A stretch of 63,094 bases of DNA, filler included, from Octopus bimaculoides (lineage: Eukaryota): the NCBI RefSeq assembly GCF_001194135.2. It is 8 parts of 8 records of this genome, joined end to end, with 100 filler letters (N's around TTAATTAATTAA, not from the genome) between each part and the next. Parts side by side here need not be neighbours in the genome. Positions count along the whole stretch, not along the records: positions 1 to 15,095 come from NC_068995.1; 7 more parts are not named here. One strand, written 5' to 3'. Every line of letters begins with the position of its first letter. Within the stretch, counting starts at the first letter, position 1. Both the position numbers and the translations under genes were made by a program. The notes beneath the pieces are model-generated. The model did no database searches and had not been told where the DNA came from. It was given only the letters and a program-made list of their open reading frames with translations. Of the stretch, positions 1 through 11,187 are shown one piece after another.

Positions 1-300
1 CACAGCACAGCACAACAACACGCGCACACAGAATTTAAACATTGTTGGGTGGACGTTACTACACAGTAGTTCTTACGTCCTTTCGACGAGTCTTATTTTT
101 CATCCCGCAGGATGCCAACAATCACCCTCCTCACCAAGCGAGCTTGGTGGGGTTGCCAGTTTAGTCGCCGACGACCCGACCATGAGACAGGTTGTACTGG
201 ATTACATGTTACCAGTAGCGCTCAGGAATACTTATAAGAGCGACCTGACATACATACATACATACATACATACATACATACATACATACATACATACATA

Positions 301-1312
301 CTCTAAGAATAGAGAATGCAGGTTCTCTGGACTGGCCTACCTAAATGGAAGCTTGGAGAAGAAGGCGTCATACCAACAAAAAGCAATGCATGGGTACATA
401 TCCATAAGCTAGAGGGCAACAATAGCATTGACAGGAAGAGTAGCCACACCTAGACCTGGAATAGATACTTCCCACCTAGAAGGATATGCCTTTGCTATCC
501 ACGAAGAGGAGTTAGCTACTAAATACCTGATAAACAAGAAGGACAAAGATACCTTCAGACCTCCACGCTGTCATAAAAATGCCGGCTTTGCTATACCAAA
601 GTGGAAGATATCGCCCACATCATCAACAGCTGCCCCAAAATGTTTACGAGATACTACCTGCCTTTGAGGCATGATATAGTTCCAAAGACTATTTACAGTG
701 CTATCCGTAGGAAGGACTGCCCTAATGTATACACGAGAGGTATGTCAGAACCAGCAGGTATACACACTTTTTAAAAACAAGGAATACTGTTGGAACACCC
801 CAATGAAAACATTAATTTGATGGAAACATAACGGACTTGATATTGTTCTATGGGACAGAGAACAAAAGCCATGCATTGTTGTAGAGGTCAGTTGCCCAGT
901 AGATGTGAATGTACAATTAAAAGTCCAGTAAAAAGAGAAAAATTACGGCGAATTAATGTGGAACTTAACAGTTCTTGTACCGATTACCATAGGTACATTA
1001 GGTTTTCTACCAACAAATTTGCACAAAAACCTAGAAATACTCGCTTTCACGGAAAAGTGCACGAGGAATTGACGCGGATTCTCTAAAGCCAATCTATTAG
1101 TGGCACAGTAAAGATTTGTAAGACATTCCAAACATTTTCTATCTTAGATTCTTGTGAATAGACGCACACGCTTGGATGTATGGACCGACAGTTCAACCAA
1201 CACACCAATTCAACCATATATTTACATATAGGGGAGATGTCTTAAATATAAAAAAAATCTCGTCGCTTTGTTAACAACCAGCTTGAACTCTCTCAAGAAC
1301 TTAAACTAAACT
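301..1312 (+). mobile_element. 3' fragment of R4/Dong-like RLE non-LTR retrotransposon (degenerate), between (CATA)n tracts
   Basis: Frame-broken translation gives HLEGYAFAIHEEELATKYLINK, a CCHC knuckle (CRLCYTKVEDIAHIINSCPKM..YYLPLRHD) and an RLE motif (KHN[R/G][P/L]DIVLWDREQKPCIVVEVSCPVDVN). (ACAT)n at ~250-300 and catacatacata at ~1312-1324. Confidence 0.85.
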
Positions 1313-1475
1313 CATACATACATAAGTAAACAGATATATGCATAAATATATATGTGTCTGTGGGTTTGAGTATTTATATATTCAATCACCCACTTGATAC
1401 ATGCATATGTGTGTGTGTATGTGTGTGCATGTGTGTATACAAATGATAGAGATGGAAAATGGAATATACAAGAAA

Positions 1476-1516
<41 letters not shown>

Positions 1517-1526
1517 NNNNNNNNNN

Positions 1527-1557
<31 letters not shown>

Positions 1558-1610
1558 TATATACACACTCACACACTCACCCACACCCACACACACATAC
1601 ATATATATAT

Positions 1611-1669
<59 letters not shown>

Positions 1670-1681
1670 TACATACATACA

Positions 1682-2520
1682 TGCAAGGTGCGATGGATAA
1701 ATTGTCGCCATTTTATATTTTTAATTTCGCGCTTTGTTTGTTTTGAATTTTTTTCGACTACACAGTATAGTAGGGTTAGTTGGGAACCATGTGTGAGAAA
1801 AACAGCACCATGACGCAATTCACTCTGCCAGAAATTTGAAAACGACATGCTATACTGCTTGGCATTCGTGCCGGAAGCTCAAATACCAACAGATGGGGAA
1901 CACATAGCATAACCTTTGGCTTACCCTGTCCCTAAAACATGTACCGAGAGTGATAAAAATCAAACATCCAGTCAACATCATGGGGTTTGGAATGATCATT
2001 AGTGATGGCAACGTTATACTTCCATTCATCTTCCTACACGGCCTCATACTCAACATGGAGACCTATATTAAGTGTCTGGAGGAGTTAGTGCTGCCCTGGG
2101 TGAAGAGGGTAGCTGATGGAAGATTCTATGTCTGGCAATAGGACTCTGCCCCATGCCACACAAACAGGAGTACCCAGTCATGGCTGTCAGACAATTTCTG
2201 CGTCCACGTCACCCCTAACATCTCCCCACCTAACTTCCCAGACTGCAGCCCTCTTGATTATTATGTGTGGGACGCAGCTGAATGAGAGACCAACAAAACT
2301 CGTTGTAACACTAAAGATGAACTGAAGGCAAGGATTATGGCGCCCGGAGTTGTCCGAAGGCCGTGGTTGAAGCCAATGGTGATTTTATTGAATAAATTTA
2401 CTCTTTAGTATATCAAGATGTTTTTATGTAATTTTAATAAATATATCTGTTAAAATGAGATGTCACTGTGACTTTCATTTCTGCGTAATTTAAATGACAA
2501 TGTTTTCACCGTACTCTGTA
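1682..2520 (+). mobile_element. Internally deleted Tc1/mariner DD37D (maT-type) DNA transposon with both TIRs
   Basis: Relic reads KHPVNIMGFGMIISDG...YVWQ*DSAPCHT...PDCSPLDYYVWD, with 37 residues between the 2nd and 3rd catalytic D. Termini tgcaaggtgcgatggataaattgtc (1682) and gacaatgttttcaccgtactctgta (ends 2520) are inverted at 17/25 matches; TA follows the 3' end. Confidence 0.85.
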
Positions 2521-2578
2521 TATATATATGAGAAAGGAAGATGAGAAAAGAATAAACGATCATCTCATTAACTTCATT

Positions 2579-2659
2579 AACTAACAACTGTTTCTGCTAT
2601 AAGATGCAGTGGACTCATAGTTGAGTACCTGAATAACACCTTATAGCTTCATCGGAGCC
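2579..2659 (-). ncRNA. Type I hammerhead-like motif (degenerate, U4->C)
   Basis: Minus strand: ggct-CCGATGA-a-gctataag...cttatagc-a-GAAAC-agtt-GTT-agtt. Stem II is a perfect 8 bp; stem I is 4 bp with two G.U pairs. Confidence 0.55.
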
Positions 2660-2803
2660 TCGAATATGACGCGCAATTTATTTGGAAAAGAATTATATTT
2701 ATTTGTGCCTATTATAGGGAACGGCATCAACATTGAGAAAAGTCAATGCAGATTCATATAAGGAAAGTGTATGGCCAAAATGTAATTAGAAGTACTAGTG
2801 GAA

Positions 2804-2908
<105 letters not shown>

Positions 2909-3165
2909 CATTCGCAGATACAGAAAGATACACACGCGCAAAATTCCAACTGGCAAATACACAGAGACACGCACACATCGGGGCACACGTACACATGCGT
3001 GTGTGTAGCTAGACAACTACACCCATACATATACACACACACGCAGATATACGGACATATATTGACGCTGAGGGTCTGAACCACACATGCACACCTCTAA
3101 AACAGGCATATATACACATATATAGAGACACACACGCACATAGACACAAACACATTTATATTTCT

Positions 3166-3212
<47 letters not shown>

Positions 3213-3558
3213 TGTATGTGTGTGTGTCTACACAAATACACAAGCACACATATAAATACAAAAACATTATCGACATTTCGGCGCATACGCACATATGCGC
3301 ATAGATATACACACACAGACGGACTCGGACACAGCAGAGACAGAAACATGGTGACAGACTTAGAACATATATCTCTTAACTTACTGATTAGTGTAAGGAG
3401 GGAGGAAGATAAAACAGGAGTGTTTAAGCTCACTAAGGCTTTTTTTTAAACAAAAAGTGCCTTAATGATCTGATGCTATGTGGACTGATATTCGAATCCA
3501 TAAAAGGAGCTTAATGTGATAGCTGTACGATTCTGTCAATTCATATCTTATACCATTC

Positions 3559-3590
<32 letters not shown>

Positions 3591-4269
3591 TTAGTTAGTT
3601 ACTCTCCATTGTGAAGCCCCACACTTTATACAGCGTCGTTTCTATTGCTGGAAGCATTGCTGGAACTCCTCTTTTGAGATAGCAAGCAGCTGCCACATTG
3701 CGTTCTCACTCTGTGGGGTATTTTCAAAGTACCCTGCATGTCCATAGTAATGTTTGTAGGTCTACATTATACAAATATATCTTTCGCCGTTTTAAGACTG
3801 TGTTGTGGTTTGAAGGGAGGGAGATGTCTGCTATTTCTAGTAAATGAGACGACTATGTACAAGATTACTCAATGGTTGAGAGGAACGTTAGTCAAGAAGT
3901 TAAACTTGATATTTGTTCGGTAAGTTCCATTTATCATCTCAAACATCGACTTCTGCAGATGGCTAGATTGAGCATACGTACTTAGACAGAGAGAGAGGGG
4001 TAGGGGGAAAGAAACATATCCCCAACATGATACCGTTATACGCATAAACACGCGCACACATCTTAATATTTAGAAATTAATAAAATTTCCCATAATTTGC
4101 AGAAGAAAAATTAAGAAACAAAGTAGAATTGTTTAACACTGTTGTCAGTGTGATGTTAACACCTGAATGTCTCTCACCTTGTCTAAGTTGCAGGTGAGAA
4201 CACCTACATCCATGTGCAGAGAAACACATCACCACAATCACCACCAACACCACTACAGACACCACCAAC

Positions 4270-4271
4270 AC

Positions 4272-4316
<45 letters not shown>

Positions 4317-4426
4317 TATCATCATCATCGTTGTCATCGTCGTCGTCATCGTCGTCGTTGTCATAAGCATCATCGTCGTCGTCATCTTCGTATTCATCAT
4401 CATTATTATCGTCGTCTCCGACCTCG

Positions 4427-4479
<53 letters not shown>

Positions 4480-4480
4480 G
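4270..4480. repeat. (CAT)n/(CGT)n compound microsatellite
   Basis: Direct reading; it explains the poly-His and poly-Met ORFs at 4077-4526. Confidence 0.97.
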
Positions 4481-5759
4481 TATCATCGGTTTAGCGTCCA
4501 TTCTTCCTCTGTTGGAATGGAGTTGAACGAGTGTACAGTTGTAGCATACATCGATTTGTCTTTATTATAACACTTACAGCCTTTATGAGACCCGCTGGGA
4601 CACGCTTGATAGATTGTACTGGCCTCTCCTCGCCTTGCAAGAACCTACAAAATCAACTGGTCTTGAAGGGAGGTTTCAGGTTGAAGAGCATATATCATGA
4701 TTATAATCACATGACCATCATCATCATTGTAATGTCCATTTCTTCAATCTCTACAATCGGTTCGATATTTCTGTCCAACAGCATATCACCAATTATTATT
4801 ACTTCCTTTTCTTATATCACCTTTTAAATCACCTTCCCAATTCTTTTCAAGTCTTACCCACATACCAAATAACATCCAATTCCGGCATAAATCATTTTTC
4901 CATCCAGCACTCATTGACATATCAACCAGCAGTCTTGTATAATCTCTCTCTCTCTCTCTTTCTCTCCCCCTCTCTCTCTCTCTCTCTCTCTCTCCCTCTC
5001 CCTCTCTCTCTCTCTTTCTCTCCCTCTCTCTCTCTCTCTCACTCTCACTCTCCCCCTCTTTCTCTCTCTTTCTCTCTTAAACAAGAAAATAAAAGCCGAG
5101 ATAAACTTCGGCCTAAGGAGCCTGTTGATTTTTGCCAACAGATTTTAAAAGAAAAAAGAAGAGGGAGAAAGAACACAGGAGGAAGGCGAAGTGTTAGGAA
5201 CCAGGGAGGAATTCTTCTATAGGAAGCAGTTAAGTGGTGTGTGTGTGGATACATGTACCAGAGTATTTTCTAGGTCCAGAAACAGTTATGAGAAGAAATA
5301 GTGTATGCACATGTGGTATATTTATAAGTATATATTATGGTTATCGTTTTGGTACCCATATAAGTGACAGGCCGTAAAAGAGTGAACAAGCTTTTTCCTT
5401 TTGGTACGTAGACCGAGGTGGCACCTTGAGCAAGTGCTAGCAACTCCTTAACCTTCTGTGCAAGAAAGTCGGTGAAGGCATCGGCAGCAGAACGTTGGAT
5501 AACCGACAAGCTAGAGGAGTCGTAGACCAACGAATTAAAAGTTACTGTGGTCAAGCGGAAGACCTGTACCATCAGACAATGGTTGGGTGTCAACTTACAA
5601 GTGAGCTGCTACCATTCTCATTGCTGTCTTGTACGCCACTTGGCATCTAGCGTGGAGGCTCAGAAAGGCAGTCTGGAGGTGGGGACGATACCAACTGCCT
5701 TACTCATCGTCCGAAGCCGTTTTGTTCGGTCAACAGAAATCCCTTACGATGCTCAGCTT

Positions 5760-6650
5760 CATTCATGCCGGCTCCTTTACCAACCCTTTCTATGATGTAT
5801 CTCATGAGGTGGAAGTGGTTATGGAAAGATCTTCTTGGGTTGGCTCCTTTTTGCGCATCACCAATCAATTCCTCGATAAGAGCCAACTTCTTTGCCAACA
5901 GCTTGGACAAAATCTTGAAATCTACGTTCAGCAGCATTACGGGCATAAAATGTTCTGTTTCATTCCCCCTGTGTGGATCCTTTCTCACCAGTGCTACCGC
6001 TCCTCGACTCACAGAACTAGGAATTCTCCTGTGCTACTGCCACTTGTAATAGATGTCTGCTGAAAGGCTGCCAAACAAGTCTGGCATATAAACGTAAAGC
6101 TCGTACGGCAGATCATCCAAGCCAGGCGATTTACCACCTCCACTGCAACCCATCATCGCATCTTGTATATCTGCGGTCGTTATCGGCATTTCGCAACGCT
6201 TCGCCTCCCTTGCCGAGAGTTGTGGCCTGCGTTCCGGACTGCCATTCGTCCCAAACAGTTGGGCGAAATGTCGCATATATATGCTCTGGCTCGAGTGCCA
6301 TGCACTTATTTTGGTTCACCAAAAACCGAATGGTGACTTTGTTGCCACGCTGCGCCTCTGTTACTCGGGTTTATAGATCAGATTTTATTCCCTCGTTTCC
6401 TAGAGCACGGGACTTAGTTCTGACAATGCATTTTCGTGCTTAGTACTGCAGAATTGACCCAGGGCCAATCTCGCCCCCAGCATATCGGTTGCGATGCCTT
6501 TCCTGAGCGTCTCTTTTAAGTTTCTAAGCATTTCTCTATTTTATTTTCATCTTTCAGTAATTGGGTTTCCTGCCTACGACGTCTATCTAGGTCGACGAGC
6601 AGATCACAAATTTCTGGACTGTGTATCTGATGATTTTAAAAAGTGGACAA
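5760..6650 (-). mobile_element. Tx1/L1-like non-LTR retrotransposon ORF2 fragment A (linker plus RT N-terminal part)
   Basis: Minus-strand ORFs: LSAREAKRCEMPITTADIQDAM..GKSPGLDDLPYELY and FMPVMLLNVDFKILSKLLAKKL..HFHLMRYIIERVGK, matching L1/Tx1 RT domains 0-2. Stops and frameshifts present; boundaries approximate. Confidence 0.85.
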
Positions 6651-7930
6651 TTGGGCCTACAGAGTACTCTATCTAAATACGACCTAGGTGGCCCGGTGCG
6701 GTTCGTCCATTCCACACTGGCACATTCGGGTAATCCTGTCGATACCTGTCAGATAATTGAAAACGTCTAAGCAGGTTTGCGAGGCTTTTGCACCCTCTCT
6801 TCTAACAGCTATCCCCACACAATTTATACGAGAAAGAAGGACCAGAGTGAGGTACTCATGTCTGGTTACGCTGGAGCGTAACCAGACAGTGACCAGGAGA
6901 AGGCAGGACGGTCAAGTGATTGTAGATGAGGGATCGCTTTCTCTCAGCCCATTTCTGGGTGAGAATAGTTACCCTGCACTTTACCTCGTCCCAGTTTTTT
7001 CCACCTGAAGGTCCGGACCGAACCAGACCCCGAGCAATTTAACTCATCCGTCCAGTGCCCAACGACGCAGTTGGAGGCATGGATTAACTTCTCTAGATGC
7101 CGAGCCGCAAGCCCACTCATTTCTTCCTGGTTAGTCGTCGCGCCTGAAATTGCCTCGTAGTCCCTGAGAGCGGTGCTGATCATTTCTGTGTTTATGATCC
7201 GACACCACTATGGTGACGTTGTCGGCATATGTCGACACGCATCTCCCACATCCTAAGTCACGTGGAATGCCCCCTCAACGCTTCCAGTTTGTGTAGTAGT
7301 GGCTTGAGAGTCAGTACATACAAGAGATACGAGAATGGGCAACCTTGCAGGACCAATCACATGATGTTGAACGGCTCCGAGAGGTAACTCTTCACTCTGA
7401 CCACTGAACAGATCTCGCAGTGCATTGCAGCGATCCAGCTCCTAAATATAGGCCCGAAACCAGTTGCCCTGACCGACGCCAGATATAGATGGTCGATGCT
7501 ATCGAAAGCTTTAGGCTGATTCAAGTTGAGAGTCAGTGCATAAAGAGGGATGAGAGAGGGAAACCTTGCCGGACCGAGCATATGGGGTTGGACGCCTCTG
7601 AGAGGTGACCATTCATTCTGACCACTGAACAGATGTCGCTGTGCATTGCAGCAATCCAGCCCTTGAATACAGGCCCGAAACCAGCTGCCTTGAGTACTGA
7701 CGCCAGGTATAGATGGTTGACCCTATCGAAAGCTTTAGACTGATTTAAATTGATCAGGGCTCTACCCTCGCCAGGTTCTTTAGCCACTTTTCCAATGATG
7801 TATCGCATGAGGTGGAGGTTGTCATGGATGGATATTTTCGGGATGGCACGTGTCTGTGCCTCCCCTACCAGACCCTGACGACAACGTCAACCTCGTACCT
7901 AACACCTTGGCCAAAATTTTGATAATTAAT
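6650..7930 (-). mobile_element. Tx1/L1-like ORF2 fragment B (RT core) with internal ~224-bp tandem duplication
   Basis: KILAKVL..IHDNLHLMRYII..ALINLNQSKAFDRVNH..VRQGFPLS, then a second NQPKAFDSIDH copy, then YADNVT at ~7220-7237. The marker atcgaaagct occurs at 7501 and 7725. Confidence 0.88.
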
Positions 7931-7934
7931 AGTA

Positions 7935-8165
7935 ATAATCGGAATTGATATGAGAGCAGAGCAAGCCCCCAAAACTGCTCTGCTGGGGAGAGCTAGGATT
8001 TTGAGACTGGTACTTGGATGTTGAATGTCTCCCACGATACTTAATAACCACCTATCGAAACTTATAATGTGCGGAAAGAGTCCCCGTGAGACTTCTGACA
8101 ACAGGTTGCTGTCCTCTCTCACAGAATCTATCAGAACAAACTAGACCGAACGTTCTGAGAAGTAA
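7935..8165 (+). mobile_element. Extreme 3' end plus 3'UTR of an R4/Dong-like element, ending in (AAC)n(AAT)n
   Basis: Translates IGIDMRAEQAPKTALLGRARILRLVLGC*, like the RLE-element C-terminus (QKTALLGTARILR.VL). Tract at ~8165-8228. Confidence 0.7.
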
Positions 8166-8209
8166 AACAACAACAACAACAATAATAATAACAATAATAA
8201 TAATAATAA

Positions 8210-8228
<19 letters not shown>

Positions 8229-8250
<22 letters not shown>

Positions 8251-9660
8251 TATATGAAATATGCAATGGGAAACTGGAAAACCATTATAACACTGAAAAA
8301 TGAATCACAAGTCATTAAAACCTGCCCTACACTTATAAGAAGAGGAATTTTCCAAGGAGACTCGCCGTCACCCCTGATTTTCTGCCTTGCTCTGACCCCG
8401 CTAACAAACTTGTTAAATAAAACCACCATAGGTTATAGATGCTATGGACAAACAATAAACCAGTGATTTTAAACTTTTCACTAAAAATACCACGGGACAG
8501 AGAAACATTCTAAAAATCGTCCATAGTTTCAGCAAAGACATCGGAATAAGCATGAGGCTGGAAAAATGTGCTGAAGTGACATTGAGAAGAGGCAAAGTAA
8601 TCAGCACTGAAAAGATAGCACTCGACATAGACACAGAAATCAGAGAATTAGACCACAATCGCCCGTACAAATATCTAGGAATACACGAAAATTCAACACA
8701 CAGAAATAAGAGAGAAAATTAGGAGAGAATATTACAGAAGAGTTAGACTGATATTAAACACTGAACTCAATGTCAGAAATAAGATAATAGGGATAAACAT
8801 ACTAGCCATAGCAGTCATAGTTTACAGCTTCAGCGTAATAAACAGGAAGATCGGTGAATTGAGAAACTTAGAGATTCCAGAAAATTATTAACAGTATACC
8901 GAAGTTACCACCACAGAGCAGACACAGACAGAATATATCTACCTTGCTCAAGAAGAAGGGACGGTGGCCTGATACAGATAGAAAACTATTATGAAATAAC
9001 AACAGTTGGATTAGAAAAGTACTTAGAAACAAAAAAGGGGAAGACTACTACATATAATAAAGCAACGCGAGAAAAAAGAAAACGATTTTCTCTATACACA
9101 AGGCGACGATGAAATACAAAACATAAACAAACTACACTGACACACTGACCTCAGATATACACAGACATAACAGAAATGGTCAAAAAGGCAAAACAAATCA
9201 ACATGAAAGCAAAACTACAAAACACACTAAAGAAGAAATGCTAGACCTGATAGAAAGAAGTGAGCCTAAGTAAAAGTCAACAATGGCTCAAAAGCTCTGG
9301 ACTTAAAGCTGAACCAGAAGGAATGCACAAGACCAATGCCTAACCACAAACAACTATAAAAGCAAAATAACGAAAGCCGGTTCTAACACCAAATTCAGAA
9401 TGTGCAACCAGCACAACGAGACAGTTGACCATATCATCTCTTGCTATCCAGTCCTTTCAAATTTGAATATATAAATAGACATGACCGAGTAAGTAGTTAT
9501 ACCCACTGGACAATATGTCAACACTACAACATAAAAACTGACAAGAGATAGTATAAACATCTACCAAACAAGGTACATGACAACGACCAGCTCACAATCA
9601 TCAGGGCTATGTCTATTCAAACTGACAAAGAAATAAGAGCTAATTACCCAAACATTAATC
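8229..9660 (+). mobile_element. R4/Dong-like non-LTR retrotransposon fragment (RT to zinc knuckle), degenerate
   Basis: IRRGIFQGDSPSPLIFCLALTPL, FSKDIG.S..LEKCAEVTL and knuckle RMCNQHNETVDHII..RHD. The YMDD box is deleted at ~8460. The fragment begins directly after (AAT)n. Confidence 0.88.
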
Positions 9661-10431
9661 CAGGATTGGAAAAAATAGTTTCAGCAAATATTAGTGGTGA
9701 AACATGGTTATGGCTGCAAAAGGGAAAGCTGAAGGGGTAGATAGAAAGTTTGTTAGTAGCTGCATAAGATCAAGCATCAAGGACTAATTGGATAAAATCT
9801 CAGATAGACAAAACTCAAGTAGATTCCCAATGTAGATTACGCAAATCAAAAAAGGAAAGCGTTACTCATATAGTAAGTGAATGCAGCATGCTGGCACAGA
9901 AAGAATGCAAGAAAAAACATGACAATCTAAGAAGAGTAATCCACTGGGAGCTTTGTAGAAAGCTAGGATTTGAACATACTGGTAAATGGTATGAACATGA
10001 AACTAGTAAAGTATTAGAAAGTAAGAAGTACAAGATGTTGTGGGACTTTAACGTTCAGACTGACAGTGTAATAATAGAAGCTAGAAGGCCTGATTTGGTA
10101 GTAGTAGATAAAGACAATAGAAAGTGCCAGATAATTGACTTTACAATCCCAAATGATGAAAAAATTAATATGAGAAGTATAGAAAAAATAGCAAGTACCT
10201 AGCTATTGAATTACAGATACTATGGAAAGTGCAGGTACAATGCATCCCAGTAACTAAAGGTGCATTGGGAACTCTCCCTAAAGATCCGAACAGGTGAATA
10301 GAGAAAATAGGCATAAAACCCAGTTTAGTACAGCTGCAGAAAACAGTGTTGTTAGAGACTGCTAGGATACTTAGGAGGGTTCTTGGCATGTAAGGGTTCT
10401 TTTCTTTTCCAACAGTCTAATCTGTTAAGTG

Positions 10432-10432
<1 letters not shown>
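9660..10432 (+). mobile_element. 3' part of a second R4/Dong-like family (knuckle plus RLE endonuclease) with (AAT)n tail
   Basis: WLWLQKGKLK..QCRL..ESVTHIVSECSMLAQKE..HD..IHWELC..LWDFNVQTD..IEARRPDLVVVDK..QIIDF.IP..LQKTVLLETARILRRVLGM*. (AAT)n at ~10435-10510. Confidence 0.92.
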
Positions 10433-10497
<65 letters not shown>

Positions 10498-10548
10498 TAA
10501 TAATAATTATAACCCTTTAACTATAGGCCTATAGGCACAAGGCCAGAA

Positions 10549-10650
10549 AAGAAGAAGAAGAAGAAGAAGAAGAAGAAGAAGAAGAAGAAGAAGAAGAAGA
10601 AGAAGAAGAAGAAGAAGAAGAAGAAGAGGAGGAGGAGGAGGAGGAGGAGG
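10549..10650. repeat. (AAG)n(GAG)n microsatellite
   Basis: Direct reading. Confidence 0.97.
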
Positions 10651-10696
10651 AGAGAATAACTATCAAATTTCCCTCAAATCATATCACACAGTCTTA

Positions 10697-11187
10697 GGAG
10701 ACTATGGCACATTATAATATGGTTGCCTTGGATATACAAAAGATAAGATCGTTACGGATTAAATGCCTTTAATTAAAGGCCAGGTCAGTCAGTGCTTACC
10801 AAGTTACAAAACATCAACATCATCAGTGAACGATAGAATCAGCAGAGGTCGCATCAAATATGTTGTGACATTTAGTTGTATACCTAGTACTTGACAAGAT
10901 CAAGAACAGAATTTGCTGATCAAGAACAGAATTTGCTGATCAAGAACAAAATTTGCTCCTAGAAATATAGAAAAGAAGACCAATTTAAACAGTGTTCGAA
11001 GGCAACTAGGTATATAACTAAATGTCACAACATATTTGAAGCAACCTTCTGCTGATTCTATCGTTCACTGATGATGTTGATGCTTTGTAACCATGGTAAG
11101 CACTGACTGACCTGGCCTTTAATCAAATCCTTAACGATCATTTTTTGCATATCCAAGACAACCATATTCTAATGTGCCACTGTCTCC
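10697..11187. repeat. Long inverted repeat (arms 10697-10888 and 11005-11187) with a 3x20-bp tandem in the spacer
   Basis: The reverse complement of 11005-11187 aligns to 10697-10888 over ~185 bp with a few indels. gatcaagaac(a/g)(g/a)aatttgct-type 20-mer at 10898, 10918 and 10938. Confidence 0.92.

Noticed and set aside
95-250. Hairpins (caccaagc-ga-gcttggtg at 132-149; catcc..ggatg) suggesting an HDV-like ribozyme at a LINE 5' end on the minus strand
   Set aside because: I could not assemble P3/L3 and P2 of the HDV fold, and no ORF follows within the window.
3841-3919. Possible plus-strand exon (ttctag|...TGTTCG|gtaagt)
   Set aside because: The protein-like frame has a TGA near the acceptor, there is no recognisable homology and no supporting neighbouring exons.
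4077-4526. Poly-Met and poly-His ORFs
   Set aside because: They are translations of a (CAT)n microsatellite. The same applies to the many YI, CV, TH, SL and RE repeat ORFs elsewhere.
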